A stretch of DNA of 64,000 bases, taken from Anaerolineales bacterium. Lineage in GTDB: Bacteria > Chloroflexota > Anaerolineae > JAAEKA01. Positions within the stretch are counted from its first letter, which is position 1. Every line of letters starts with the position of its first letter. The position numbers and the translations under genes are program-made. The notes beneath the pieces are model-generated. The model was given only the letters and a program-made list of their open reading frames with translations. It did no database searches and had not been told where the DNA came from. The stretch lies in contig JACKBI010000019.1 of the NCBI GenBank assembly GCA_020634615.1, forward strand, positions 52,911 to 116,910. Direction: 5' to 3'. Below are positions 38,793 to 48,856 of this stretch, one piece after another.

Positions 38793-40004
38793 TCACGCAA
38801 CCAGGCTCATCTGCGGCCGTGGCTCAGCTACGAAACTATCGACCAACACGATCGGCTGCCCATTGGTCGGCTCTACTAAGGTGATCTCTCCGCGCCTCAA
38901 GCGAGCCTGCAACGGAGTTTCCGGTATCATTTGATTCGGGTGAATCTGAGCAAAGCGGGCCTGTGCTTGCGAACACGCCAGGGAATGTCCGCCATACAAG
39001 TCACCATGTTCCTTCCATGCCAGCCCCGAACACCGGCCCTCACAATAGCGGTTGATCGGACAGACATGGCACTCCGGCAGATTTTTCATCGTGTGCCGGC
39101 TGCGCAGTTGCTTGAAAATACCGCCGTTGTTCCAAATATCAATGAACCGGCGTTGACGAATATTGCCGCCGGGTATGCGCAGTTCAATGCACGGCAGCAC
39201 ATCACCATACGGGCTGATGAGGCAGGAACTCAAGCTCACCGAACATGTTCTGGTGGCCGGAGTCACGGTGCGCAAATCAAATGCCATTTGGTCCTGCCCA
39301 ATCAGGTCCGTGATTTGTTCGCGATCCAACTGATGCTCGGTCGCCTTGCTGCTGCCATCGTCGGCGGTTGAAATCTTGAACCCCTGCTCATAATCGACGC
39401 CCAACTCCGCAACCAGTTCAACCATCTGCTCGCGCTCAGCCAGGTTGAGGTCCATCATCAACGAAAACAGCTTGACACGCACACCGCGCTCTTGAAGCAA
39501 CTTGACGCCACGCACAACCCGACGCAGCGTGTCCTTGCTGCCGGCAATCGCATCGAAGGTCTTATCAGTTGCGCCCAGCAAGCTGATGTCCACTCGCAAC
39601 GGTGACAATGCCGCGATGCGATCGGCTTTCTCCGGTGTAATCAGGGTGCCGTTGGTCTTCAAGCTGAGGGCAAAGCCCAACGTGCGTGCTCGCTCAGCGA
39701 TCTCAAAAAAGTCGCGCCGCGACAGGATTTCGCCACCAGTCAACGACAAATACAGCGTGCCCGCCTCCGCAAGCTGATCCAGGACATCAAAACACTCAGC
39801 GGTGCTGAGTTCTGGTTGAGCAAGCGAGACATTGTAACACATTATGCAATCAAGGTTGCATTTATGCGTCAGTTCCCAAAGCACCGTAACCGGCAAAGCG
39901 TCCTGCTTGAAGCGCATCAATAGCGCTTCATAAGGATCGGCGGGCTGATCGGGCAGCGCACAACCGGCGAAATCCCGTACGAGAGGCTGCAATTCCTGTG
40001 TCAT
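38793..40004 (-). CDS. Radical SAM/SPASM domain maturase
   Basis: CNLDCIMC (CxxxCxxC), LTGGE, KTNG, and SPASM Cys set C..C..GDVLPC..CHVC..YCEGRC..C. Confidence 0.92.
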   Translation of the reverse strand: MTQELQPLVRDFAGCALPDQPADPYEALLMRFKQDALPVTVLWELTHKCNLDCIMCYNVSLAQPELSTAECFDVLDQLAEAGTLYLSLTGGEILSRRDFFEIAERARTLGFALSLKTNGTLITPEKADRIAALSPLRVDISLLGATDKTFDAIAGSKDTLRRVVRGVKLLQERGVRVKLFSLMMDLNLAEREQMVELVAELGVDYEQGFKISTADDGSSKATEHQLDREQITDLIGQDQMAFDLRTVTPATRTCSVSLSSCLISPYGDVLPCIELRIPGGNIRQRRFIDIWNNGGIFKQLRSRHTMKNLPECHVCPINRYCEGRCSGLAWKEHGDLYGGHSLACSQAQARFAQIHPNQMIPETPLQARLRRGEITLVEPTNGQPIVLVDSFVAEPRPQMSLVA

Positions 40005-40190
40005 CACCAGAGTCCGTTGTCAAATCCTGTCAATACAATAATGAGCTTTGCGGCATCGAATGCATTGGTGATCATAGCACTTTTGCCCATGTCCACTTCA
40101 ACCACCCAATGGCCCCTCGTAAAAATACGTGACCGCTTTGTCATCATGAAGGTTGTTGCCGAAACACCTGCCTTACCTATAGACCAAGGT

Positions 40191-40219
40191 ATTCTATCAT
40201 GAAGGTGTAACTGAGTCAA
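40191..40219 (-). promoter_or_regulatory. Strong internal sigma70 promoter upstream of the rSAM gene
   Basis: TTGACT-17 nt-TAGAAT with TGn extended -10. Confidence 0.65.
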
Positions 40220-40236
40220 TCTCCTGTCACCGATGT

Positions 40237-41964
40237 TCATTGGGTCACCTTTGGTGCTTGCCAGCGCTCCAGGTTGCCAGCTTCAACTGAATCATCGCGA
40301 ATGTACAGCGGTGCGTTCTGCAGCAAATAATCGATCTGGACTGGATTAGGCAGGTATCTCTGGCGGAAAACTTCATTCTTTACTACAGCAGTATTGTACG
40401 ACACGCCATACGTCCGTTCCTGATAGTCCAGCCACCAATCGAATTCGTTCAGTTCATGCGGCAGTAAGGGAGCGAAAATGTCTGGTTGCTTTGCAAGGCT
40501 GGTATCAACATCAAATTTATTGTGTCCAATCTGGTCGTTGCAGCACACCGGAGGACGTCTGGCGATGACAGGATCCGACTTACCCAACAGGTCGATGCTG
40601 TAGCGATGACTGAAATACGGGACGCCGCCGGCTGCAATAACTGCCACCCGGGCATCTGGTGCCGTGTAGCGATTGATCAACACACCAGCTACCGTTGTAT
40701 ACGCCAGGCCGCCGTTTTGTGAATATATCTTGCCGGGATAGAACACACCGGTACTGGCCAACGTTGCTATCGACAATGTCGCCAGGAGCAGAAACGAACT
40801 GGCCTGGTTCCAGCGGGCACCGAACTGAACTGCAGCGACGGCAGCAAGTACCAGAATCACCGGTACCTCGTGTGCAAGAAAGCGCGAGAATTCAAAAATG
40901 TCACCGCCAACCCGGAGGCTGTATCCCATAGCGATCACAACGCCCGCGAGCAGCAACCACCAGCGCCTTTGCGCTGCCAGGAGAGCGCCAATGCCTGCCA
41001 GGGTCAAAGCGGCAGCATAGTTGCCCACGAAAAAACGCACATATCCCACACCAATGCGGGGCAGCCCCTTGATGCCGTAGACCTTTAGATAGTACGTGTT
41101 CGGCAGCCAGTCGCCGTAATAACCGCGCCGCCACAGCAAATGAGCGAGCGGCAAGAGCAGGGAGATACCAAGAAACACCGCCGTCTTCTTGCGATCCTTG
41201 TTCACACCAATGGCCAGAAGCGCCGTACCAAACCAGATATGCAGAGCGTCGCTGCGCACCAGAGGAAGCAGTCCCATCAGCAGGTAGGTTGTCACCCGTG
41301 GCTGGCCGCTCTGCTCCTCGTCCAGCAATCGCACGACAACAGCCAGGAAGATGACCGTCAACAGAGTCGTTTCAAAGCCGTTGACCGACCAGAATAACAA
41401 GTCGCCACACAGGGCCAGAGTCAGCAGTACGGCCGGTAAAGCCAGGCCGGGCTTCGGCAGAAAGCGTCGCAGCAACCGTTCTGTCAGCAGCAACACCGCG
41501 AATGCCAGTCCGAGATTGATCAGCTTGACCGCCAGCGATGTCGTAGCATCTGGCAGCGGAAGCAGATGCACGCCAGCCATGACCAGTGTCCACAGGAAGT
41601 TACTGTATCCTTCAACGCGCTCGCCCGGGTTCCAGACCAGCCCGTGGCCCTCCGCCAGGTTGCGCGCGTAGCGCATCGAGATCATCTGGTCGTCGTCGAG
41701 CCAGAAGTAGCGCACGCCATCGATGCTGATGCTCGCTTGCCGAACGGCAAGGACTGTCATGGCAGCTACCAGACCAAAAGCCAGCAGCCGCCACAGAATC
41801 GGTGGACGATTCGCCAACCACTCCAGCACCGTTTCGAAGCGGCGGACCGATGCAATAGGAGTGACCAAACGCTGTTCTGTTGTCAAGGTGCTTTGCTCAG
41901 GCTCAGGACTCTGACCACTCCAACAGATCCCGCTCCACCAAGTCTTCGACAAAACCAGCGACAC
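40237..41964 (-). CDS. GT-C membrane glycosyltransferase, AftB-like (start uncertain)
   Basis: DDDQMISMRYARNLAEGHGLVWNPGERVEGYSNFLW motif and many TM segments. Confidence 0.8.
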   Translation of the reverse strand: MSLVLSKTWWSGICWSGQSPEPEQSTLTTEQRLVTPIASVRRFETVLEWLANRPPILWRLLAFGLVAAMTVLAVRQASISIDGVRYFWLDDDQMISMRYARNLAEGHGLVWNPGERVEGYSNFLWTLVMAGVHLLPLPDATTSLAVKLINLGLAFAVLLLTERLLRRFLPKPGLALPAVLLTLALCGDLLFWSVNGFETTLLTVIFLAVVVRLLDEEQSGQPRVTTYLLMGLLPLVRSDALHIWFGTALLAIGVNKDRKKTAVFLGISLLLPLAHLLWRRGYYGDWLPNTYYLKVYGIKGLPRIGVGYVRFFVGNYAAALTLAGIGALLAAQRRWWLLLAGVVIAMGYSLRVGGDIFEFSRFLAHEVPVILVLAAVAAVQFGARWNQASSFLLLATLSIATLASTGVFYPGKIYSQNGGLAYTTVAGVLINRYTAPDARVAVIAAGGVPYFSHRYSIDLLGKSDPVIARRPPVCCNDQIGHNKFDVDTSLAKQPDIFAPLLPHELNEFDWWLDYQERTYGVSYNTAVVKNEVFRQRYLPNPVQIDYLLQNAPLYIRDDSVEAGNLERWQAPKVTQ

Positions 41965-42187
41965 TCTGCCGGGCGTGCGGTAACTCCACTTCGAACTCCT
42001 GCGTCAGGATAACTGCGATATCCTCCAGCGAGTTTGTCCCGTTTGCCAGTTGCCAGATGCGCGAGCCGACAGGGTTGAGCATGCGCACCATGTTTTCCGC
42101 TGGACTGATGACCACCGCGTCGCTGCCGAAGACGCGCGAAGCGGTCGATGAGTGATGAACGGGTCTGCGAAGATCAATGTCATTCAT
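41903..42187 (-). CDS. Stand-alone PqqD-family RiPP recognition element (RRE)
   Basis: LNPVGSRIWQLANG..LEDIA..L..EFEV....ARQSV..FVEDL.ERDLL pattern, 94 aa. Confidence 0.88.
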   Translation of the reverse strand: MNDIDLRRPVHHSSTASRVFGSDAVVISPAENMVRMLNPVGSRIWQLANGTNSLEDIAVILTQEFEVELPHARQSVAGFVEDLVERDLLEWSES

Positions 42188-42192
42188 GCAAG

Positions 42193-43668
42193 TTACTGCC
42201 CCTTGAATGCAAGCATGACCTGGATGGTCCGTAGCATAATACGAATGTCCAGCAACGGGCTCATGTGGTTGACGTAGTACAGGTCATACTCCAACTTGAT
42301 TCGCGCATCATCGTCCGAGCTGCCGTAGCGGTAGCTCACCTGCGCCCAGCCGGTGATACCGGGCCGCACCGCATGGCGAGCCCGATAGAAAGGAATCGAC
42401 TGCGCCAGATGTTCGACAAATTCGGGACGCTCCGGTCGCGGTCCAATCAGACTCATCTCGCCCTTGAGAACGTTGATAAACTGAGGTAACTCATCCAGCC
42501 GCGTCTTACGCAGGAACCGCCCCACGGGAGTGATACGATCGTCGTTGGTAGTTGCCCAAACCGCGCCCGTCTCTGCTTCAGCATCCGGAATCATCGAGCG
42601 GAATTTGTAAACCAGGAAGGGTTTTCCGCCCTTTCCGACCCGATCCTGCTGATAGAACAATGGTCCGGGCGAGTTGAAATGATTGCCGATGGCAACAAAC
42701 ATCGCGACAACTGCCAGTACAATCATTCCAAATGCGGCAACGACTACGTCAAACAATCGCTTGACAGCAGTGTAAACGCGTTCTGATGGACGATCACCCG
42801 ACGGAAGCGCCAGATACAGGTCACGGCCAACGTGTTGAACGGGCACCCGGCCAGTGAGGTTTTCATACACGCTTGACATGGTCGTCACGTGGACGCCCAT
42901 TTCCCGGCAGCGCAACAATTCGTCGAACAGATCGTCGGCAATTGCATGCCGCTGCGTGATGGCCAGAATCAATTCATCGATATGCAGCGCGCTTGCCATC
43001 GGCACCAGCACATCGCGGCCACCCAATACCGGCACGCCGACAACCTGACCACCGGTCAATTCGGGGTTATCATCGATGAACCCCACCAGTTCGTAACCGG
43101 TGCCGCGGAAAGGGTTGGCATCGTGGGTAACATTGCCCAACGACTCGACCAATGTGCGCCCTGCCCAGCCAGCGCCGATAACCAGAGCCCGCTGGCGAAA
43201 CTGCGGCTGAACAAACAACTGGGCGTAGATAACACGCCACGAAACCAGTCCTCCGAGAACCAGCCCGGCAAAAGCAAACACCAGCGTTCGACTTTGAAGC
43301 GGTGGCGTCAGCCAGGGAATCAGCGTGTAGACCAGCACCGTGGTCAGCGCAGCCAGACCGATATTGCGAACGATATTTGTCGTGCTGGCAGAACGAGCCA
43401 GATTGTAGACGTCAAAAATGAAAGCGCTGACACACCAAACGATGGTCAGTGTAATATACCACTTGTAGGGGCTGACAATGGTCGCAAGACTGCGCCCTTC
43501 TTCTGTGGCCAGCAACCAAGGAATTGCCAACGCCAAATTGATAATCAGGACATCCACCAGGAAAAGAAATATCTTGCGCTCGGAGGTTCGTATCCTCAGT
43601 CGCGGCTTATTGAGCCAGTGTCGCTGGACCTGGCTACGCTGCTTGGCAGCGGTTGTTTCCAGTTTCAC
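42193..43668 (-). CDS. Polyprenyl-phosphate glycosylphosphotransferase (WcaJ-like priming sugar transferase)
   Basis: Four N-terminal TMs, Rossmann-like IGAGWAG, KRLFD, YKFRSM, RKTRLDELPQFINVLKGEMSLIGPRPERP, RPGITGWAQV. Confidence 0.93.
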   Translation of the reverse strand: MKLETTAAKQRSQVQRHWLNKPRLRIRTSERKIFLFLVDVLIINLALAIPWLLATEEGRSLATIVSPYKWYITLTIVWCVSAFIFDVYNLARSASTTNIVRNIGLAALTTVLVYTLIPWLTPPLQSRTLVFAFAGLVLGGLVSWRVIYAQLFVQPQFRQRALVIGAGWAGRTLVESLGNVTHDANPFRGTGYELVGFIDDNPELTGGQVVGVPVLGGRDVLVPMASALHIDELILAITQRHAIADDLFDELLRCREMGVHVTTMSSVYENLTGRVPVQHVGRDLYLALPSGDRPSERVYTAVKRLFDVVVAAFGMIVLAVVAMFVAIGNHFNSPGPLFYQQDRVGKGGKPFLVYKFRSMIPDAEAETGAVWATTNDDRITPVGRFLRKTRLDELPQFINVLKGEMSLIGPRPERPEFVEHLAQSIPFYRARHAVRPGITGWAQVSYRYGSSDDDARIKLEYDLYYVNHMSPLLDIRIMLRTIQVMLAFKGQ

Positions 43669-44765
43669 AGCAATCCCTCCGCCTTCCCCAGCCCAAGATA
43701 CATGGCGTTCAGCGATGCCTGCTCCAGTCCCCGTTGCTCATGGTACCAGCCTCTTCCTGCCTCACCCATCTGCTGGAGGCGCCCGCCATCAGAAAGTGCA
43801 GCTTGCCACGCGTCAGCCAGCGCGCGCGCATCGCCAGCGGGCACAACCCATCCGGTGACCCCATGTTGAACATACTCGCCCAACGCACCAACGTCTGTCA
43901 CGATAACCGGCTTTCCGAAGTAATAGGCGGATGCAATCAAAGCTGACTGGCTTGCATCGAGGTAAGGCAAGATAACTACGCCGCAACGACTAAACAGATC
44001 TATGGCCTCTGCATCATCGATACGGTGATTGCGGATTTCCACCGTTGCCGTATGTGGGGCTTCGGTGTCCAGGCCACCGGAGCCGGCCACGATGAGATTC
44101 ACGCCGATCTCACGCATTGGCAACATGCGCTCCGCATCGATCAATTGTGCAACACCCTTGTAGCGTTCGAGACGGCCAAAAAAGAGACCCCAGTTACCGT
44201 AGTCTACTTCAACTATACCAAGGCTGGCAAATCCCTCAAAACTGAGAAAAAGATGCAGCAAAGGCAGGTAACTGACGCGCCCTGCATCACAGCCGCCTGC
44301 AATCAATCGTCGGGCATAAACCTGTCCATGGACCAACAGATGATCGACTGATCGAATGATTGCGCGATTCCAAACTTTGATCAGTGAGCTGTAGCCCACG
44401 CCCAGGTGCGGGTCCAGATCGTGAAGCGTATGCACCACCGGAATGCCTTGCTTCCGCAGCCAGCGTACCAGCGGGACGTTCCACGCATGCACACCCGTGA
44501 TGTGAACCACATCGGGATCCAGCGAGCGGATCGATTTTGTCACCTGCCGGTAGCGGTCGCCGCGTAGTCCTTCGAACGAGAAGCCGGTGTTGTGTGTTGT
44601 GATCGGTGTGATGACTTGCACCGCCGGACTGTAGCGATCCCTGGCAAACGTCGTTGCGGTCACCAGCACCGTGTCATGCCCCTGCCCGGCCATGCGATTC
44701 GCCAGATCGGCGGTGTATTGGTGCATGCCAAAAGTGGGGGACAGCAGAACGTAGACGATACGCAT
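43665..44765 (-). CDS. GT4-family glycosyltransferase
   Basis: HTLHDLDPH, FFGRLERYKG, PYLDASQSA, GKPVIVTDVGALGE. GTGA overlap with the next gene. Confidence 0.9.
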   Translation of the reverse strand: MRIVYVLLSPTFGMHQYTADLANRMAGQGHDTVLVTATTFARDRYSPAVQVITPITTHNTGFSFEGLRGDRYRQVTKSIRSLDPDVVHITGVHAWNVPLVRWLRKQGIPVVHTLHDLDPHLGVGYSSLIKVWNRAIIRSVDHLLVHGQVYARRLIAGGCDAGRVSYLPLLHLFLSFEGFASLGIVEVDYGNWGLFFGRLERYKGVAQLIDAERMLPMREIGVNLIVAGSGGLDTEAPHTATVEIRNHRIDDAEAIDLFSRCGVVILPYLDASQSALIASAYYFGKPVIVTDVGALGEYVQHGVTGWVVPAGDARALADAWQAALSDGGRLQQMGEAGRGWYHEQRGLEQASLNAMYLGLGKAEGLL

Positions 44766-44904
44766 GGTAACCAGAAACTGCCGATCGATGGAAGCGTCAC
44801 ATAGTCAGCTACCCAATCCGCGACACACTCAACATCATAGCACAAAATGCACCGGGCAGAGGTGACATTTTGGTGAAGATGCCGTGTGCAGACCGGCGCT
44901 GTGG

Positions 44905-45757
44905 TCAGGCGTCGATCAGGCCGCGCAGAACTTCGAAATTCTCCACGTCTTCATGCATGTCGTCGCTCTTGGGCGTCTCCAGAATCATTGGGACGTTGGC
45001 AAAGCGTGCGTCATTGAGGATGTGAGCGAATCCGCTGACGCCGATCGCACCCTGGCCGATATGTTCGTGGCGGTCTTTGTGGCTGCCCAACGCGCCTTTG
45101 CTGTCGTTGAAATGAAAACAGGTCAGCAGGTCCAGCCCGATCGCCCGGTCGAACTCATCCATCATCGCCGCGTAGCCTGCCGGCTCGCGGAAGTCATAGC
45201 CCGCGGCGAAGGCGTGGCAGGTGTCGAAGCAGACCGCCAACCGCTCCGGGTCGCTGGCCTGGGCGCGCATCGCTCCCAAATGCTCGAACTTGTAGCCCAA
45301 GGTCGTGCCCTGACCGGCCGTGATCTCCAGCAGCGTCAGGGTCTTGAATCCGCCCGTGGCCGCGTGAGCGCGATCCAGCCCGGCAGCCACGCGGGCTATG
45401 CCAGCTTCCTCGCCCTGCTCCATGTGGGCGCCGGGATGCAGCACCACACCCAGCAGTCCCAGCGCCTCGGCCTGTTGCAACTCATCCACCAGCGCATTGA
45501 TGGATTTTTCCCACAGCGCGTCGTCCGGTGAGCCGAGGTTGATCAGATACGAGGCATGTGCAACGGTCGGGCGATGCCGGTCTCGGCGGCCGCGGCGTGC
45601 CACTTCTCGATCTCGCCGGGTCCAGCGGCTTGCTGGCCCAGCGGTTCTGGTTGCGCGTAAAGATCTGCATCGTCTGGCAGCCGATAGACTGGCTGCGCCC
45701 GAACGCCTTGCTGACGCCGCCCGCCGCCGACACGTGTGAACCCAATAGCGGACTCAT
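44905..45757 (-). pseudogene. nfo: Endonuclease IV (Nfo) with two -1 frameshifts near the 5' end (pseudogene or sequencing error)
   Basis: LGSHVSAAGG..QIFTRN in frame 1, GEIEKW..TGIA in frame 2, HASYLINL..VLHPG..CFDTCH..HFNDSK..DRHE..LETP in frame 3. Confidence 0.85.
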
Positions 45758-46326
45758 GAACGACTCTCCAATCTGGCCAGCGTGAACTGCTCCACGCCGG
45801 CCGCTTTGTCCTCCAGACGTGACATCGCAAACAACAGCGAAGACAGCCGATTCAGATAGCGCAACGCTTCGATGTTGGACAACATAGCCTGGTGATGCAT
45901 CTTTGCCACGTGGCGCTCAGCCCGGCGGCACACGGTGCGCGCGAGATCTATCAGCGCGCCCGCGTAGCTATCTCCGCTGACGATGAAGGCGGGCGGAATC
46001 TCGACCTGCACACCCACATCGTCGATGATTCCCTCAAGCCAGGCGACACGGCTGGCCGGCAGCCAAGTACCGGTCTTCTGCGCTGCTTCCGGCGTGGTCG
46101 CCAGATCGGCCATTGCCCGATACAGGTCGCGCTGCACCTCGACGATGATGTCATTGCTGCACGGATGTTTGACCGCTGTGCGCGCCAGACCAAGCGCTGC
46201 CGACAGTTCGTCAAGTGTGCCGTATGCAACGGGTTGAAGATCGTATTTCGCAACACGCTCGCGGCCGAGGACTCCGGTGTACCCATCGTCGCCGACGCCG
46301 GTGTAGAGCGTTGTTTCAAGCGGCAT
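45754..46326 (-). CDS. PduO-type cob(I)alamin adenosyltransferase
   Basis: YTGVGDDGYT, YGTLDELSA, ARTVCRRAER, YLNRLSSLLF. Confidence 0.9.
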   Translation of the reverse strand: MPLETTLYTGVGDDGYTGVLGRERVAKYDLQPVAYGTLDELSAALGLARTAVKHPCSNDIIVEVQRDLYRAMADLATTPEAAQKTGTWLPASRVAWLEGIIDDVGVQVEIPPAFIVSGDSYAGALIDLARTVCRRAERHVAKMHHQAMLSNIEALRYLNRLSSLLFAMSRLEDKAAGVEQFTLARLESRS

Positions 46327-46459
46327 TTGCTGCACCTCGTAGCTTCTTGATTTTCCTCGCGACTACCAAACCGCCGGGAATGGTGCAATCGTAACCGCGA
46401 AGCGGTTCGCTTTCCGTGTGCCACCTTCCGCACCAGTCAAGACTGGCCAATTGGCCGGC

Positions 46460-47095
46460 CTATTCCGACACGCTGGAGAACAACCCGTCTTCCCAATCCT
46501 GTTGATACAGCGATTGCTCGTGAATGTAGCTCTCCACCTGCGGCAACACTTGATAGCGCAACGGGCGGCCCTGGCGAACGCGCTGTTGTAGTATGGTGCT
46601 GGAAATCTGTAGCTCCGGCATGGGCAGGAAGATCACCCGCCAACGTACACCGGGCAGCTTCTCTTCCAATGCGTCCCAGTCGAACCCCGAGTCCGGCCGG
46701 CTCAGCGCGACCAGATTGCACAGTTCCACCAGCTCCTGGGGCTTGTGCCAGTTGGGCAGGTCGGCCAGCGAATCGAGACCCATCAGGAAATACAGATCGG
46801 TGCCGTAACCGTACTGCTCCAGATGCAGGCGCACCATGTCGGTGGTGAAGTGAGGCCCGGGCCGGTCGACGTCGATCCGTGACAGCTCCAGGTGCGGGTT
46901 GCCGGCGATGGCCAGCTCAATCATGCGCACTCGATGCTCTACAGGCGAAAGCCGGCGGCCGCGTTTGTGCGGCGGATCACCGGCCGGCACAAGCAGCACT
47001 TTTTGCAGACCAAGCTGATACCAGGCCTCTTCAGCCAGGATGAGGTGGCCGATGTGAATCGGGTCAAACGTGCCGCCAAGGATTCCTAGTCGCAC
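46460..47095 (-). CDS. nadD: Nicotinate-nucleotide adenylyltransferase
   Basis: [31 protein letters not shown]. Confidence 0.95.
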   Translation of the reverse strand: MRLGILGGTFDPIHIGHLILAEEAWYQLGLQKVLLVPAGDPPHKRGRRLSPVEHRVRMIELAIAGNPHLELSRIDVDRPGPHFTTDMVRLHLEQYGYGTDLYFLMGLDSLADLPNWHKPQELVELCNLVALSRPDSGFDWDALEEKLPGVRWRVIFLPMPELQISSTILQQRVRQGRPLRYQVLPQVESYIHEQSLYQQDWEDGLFSSVSE

Positions 47096-47226
47096 AAGAG
47101 TTGCTTTCTTCGAGCAAGAGGCCGGCCGCGAACCGGTCAGCGCTCACCTCAGTCAGAGGCGACGCGCAGACAGATTCATTGTTCATGACGCCGACCGATG
47201 GCAGAAGTTACTGTCAGATCAGGCTG

Positions 47227-48630
47227 TCAGGCAACATCGTGACCGGTAATAAACTGGTAGCTGTAGTCGAGCAGGTGATCCGGGTCATACTGAGCCTTGA
47301 GCGCGGCCAACCGTTGCAGAGTTTCTGGCGGATAGGAATCGGCAGCCGCCTCACGCGCCTCTTGACCCTCAACAAAGTTGACATAGAGTCCGCTGATATG
47401 GGGCTGCAACGCGCGCTTGAAGGTGTTAGAGAATGCCACAACCCGGGCGTGCAGTTCGGGAGTGGGCGCCATGCCGACCGCCCCGAGAAGGAAGGACTGA
47501 TCGCGACCGGGAAAGGCGGCCGCGTTCCTGTCACCGGACGCCATAGCGCCGGCCACATGTCGGACCTCCGTCGATACCAGTGGCGACGAGCCGTTGTTCG
47601 AGACGCCGTATTCAACGAGGGTGTCGAGCACCGAATCGCTCAGGTCGCGCAGCCAGGCGCCGGTGGTATGGCCGGGAACGGGATCGTGCGGATCATTGCT
47701 GACTTGGGCCACGTCGCTGAAGGGCATCGGGTGGAAGAGATTGGCCACTGGCGCCTGCCAGTCCAGCCACGGCTGTAACAGCGCCTGGCCTTCCTCCGGC
47801 GCGCCGCAGTGGCAACCGCGCACCATGATTACCGATTTGCCGCGCAGGAATTCAGGAACCATCGGCAACGGCGGCAGGTTCATTAACGCAACTGACGTTG
47901 TGAACTCCAATGGCAGCGAGCCGATCCATTCGCGGTAGCGCCGCAACACCTCGCCTGCCAGCGCCGCCGGGTACACCAGGTTGCCGCCAAAGATCGTTGT
48001 GACCGGGAACAGATCGATCTCCATGGCGGTCACGAGGGCAAAGCCACCGCCGCCGCCCCGCAATCCCCAGAAAAGATCCGCGTTCTCGTTCTGGCTGACG
48101 TGCAAGGTGCGTCCGTCGGCGGTAACAACTTCAAATGAGCGCGCTGTGTCGGCTGCCAAGCCATATTTGCGCGCCAGCCAGCCGAGCCCACCGCCCAGCG
48201 TGTAGGCGACCGCGCCGACGCCCGGGGAGGATCCCAGCAGCGGCGCCAGTCCGGCGGCCTGCGTCTTTGCCAACACTGCGCCCCATTGCGCACCGGCTTC
48301 GATGCGCGCGGTTCGAGCAGCTGCGTCGACGCTCACACCGGCCATCTGCGACGTGTTGATCAGCAGACTGCCATCGGCCGGGCGGATCACATTGTGTCCT
48401 GTGGCCTGAACGCCAACCTTCAAGCCCGCCTGCCGTGCAAAGCGTACAGCTTCGGCGACGTCAGCCGTATCCGCTGCCATGATCACTGCCGCCGGAAACT
48501 GCTGGACCGACAGATTCCACGCCATGCGTGCGCTGTCATACCCCGGGTCGCCGGGCGCGATGATAGCCCCTTGAAGCCTGGCTTGCAGAGCGTTCAACGA
48601 TTCGCGCGAGATTTGTTTCGAAGTAGTCAT
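47227..48630 (-). CDS. FAD-binding oxidoreductase (PCMH/BBE-like)
   Basis: YDSARMAWN, ATGHN, EAGAQW, TLGGGLGWLARKYG, LFWGLRGGG, YVNF..KAQYDP. AAGGAGG SD before ATG 48630. Confidence 0.9.
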   Translation of the reverse strand: MTTSKQISRESLNALQARLQGAIIAPGDPGYDSARMAWNLSVQQFPAAVIMAADTADVAEAVRFARQAGLKVGVQATGHNVIRPADGSLLINTSQMAGVSVDAAARTARIEAGAQWGAVLAKTQAAGLAPLLGSSPGVGAVAYTLGGGLGWLARKYGLAADTARSFEVVTADGRTLHVSQNENADLFWGLRGGGGGFALVTAMEIDLFPVTTIFGGNLVYPAALAGEVLRRYREWIGSLPLEFTTSVALMNLPPLPMVPEFLRGKSVIMVRGCHCGAPEEGQALLQPWLDWQAPVANLFHPMPFSDVAQVSNDPHDPVPGHTTGAWLRDLSDSVLDTLVEYGVSNNGSSPLVSTEVRHVAGAMASGDRNAAAFPGRDQSFLLGAVGMAPTPELHARVVAFSNTFKRALQPHISGLYVNFVEGQEAREAAADSYPPETLQRLAALKAQYDPDHLLDYSYQFITGHDVA

Positions 48631-48856
48631 GGTAGGTTGGCCTCCTTTGTATGATTTGTGATCGTGGCTGCGACCCTCGCACACACTCTGTGGTGCTCGC
48701 ATTACTCCTCTGTCTCATCGCAGACAGCTAACAACGCTGCCTTTTTCTGCTGGCCAGCAGGGCTGTCAGGAAATACTAACGGGAACGCGCCCAGAATATG
48801 CGCGAATTCGTCGCGCAGCCGCTGACGCTCAGTCCGGTCCGTCTTCAAACAGCTTC

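Noticed and set aside
40004-40240. 78-aa ORF as a firm CDS
   Set aside because: No family motif, atypical codons, and it contains a consensus promoter; kept only as a possibility in the findings.
41903-42187. PQQ biosynthesis (pqqD/pqqE/pqqA)
   Set aside because: No pqqB/pqqC, and the peptide lacks the ExxxY core of PqqA.
46336-46459. Cobalamin riboswitch upstream of the adenosyltransferase
   Set aside because: Small hairpins are present but the B12-box and core motifs are not recognisable on the coding strand.
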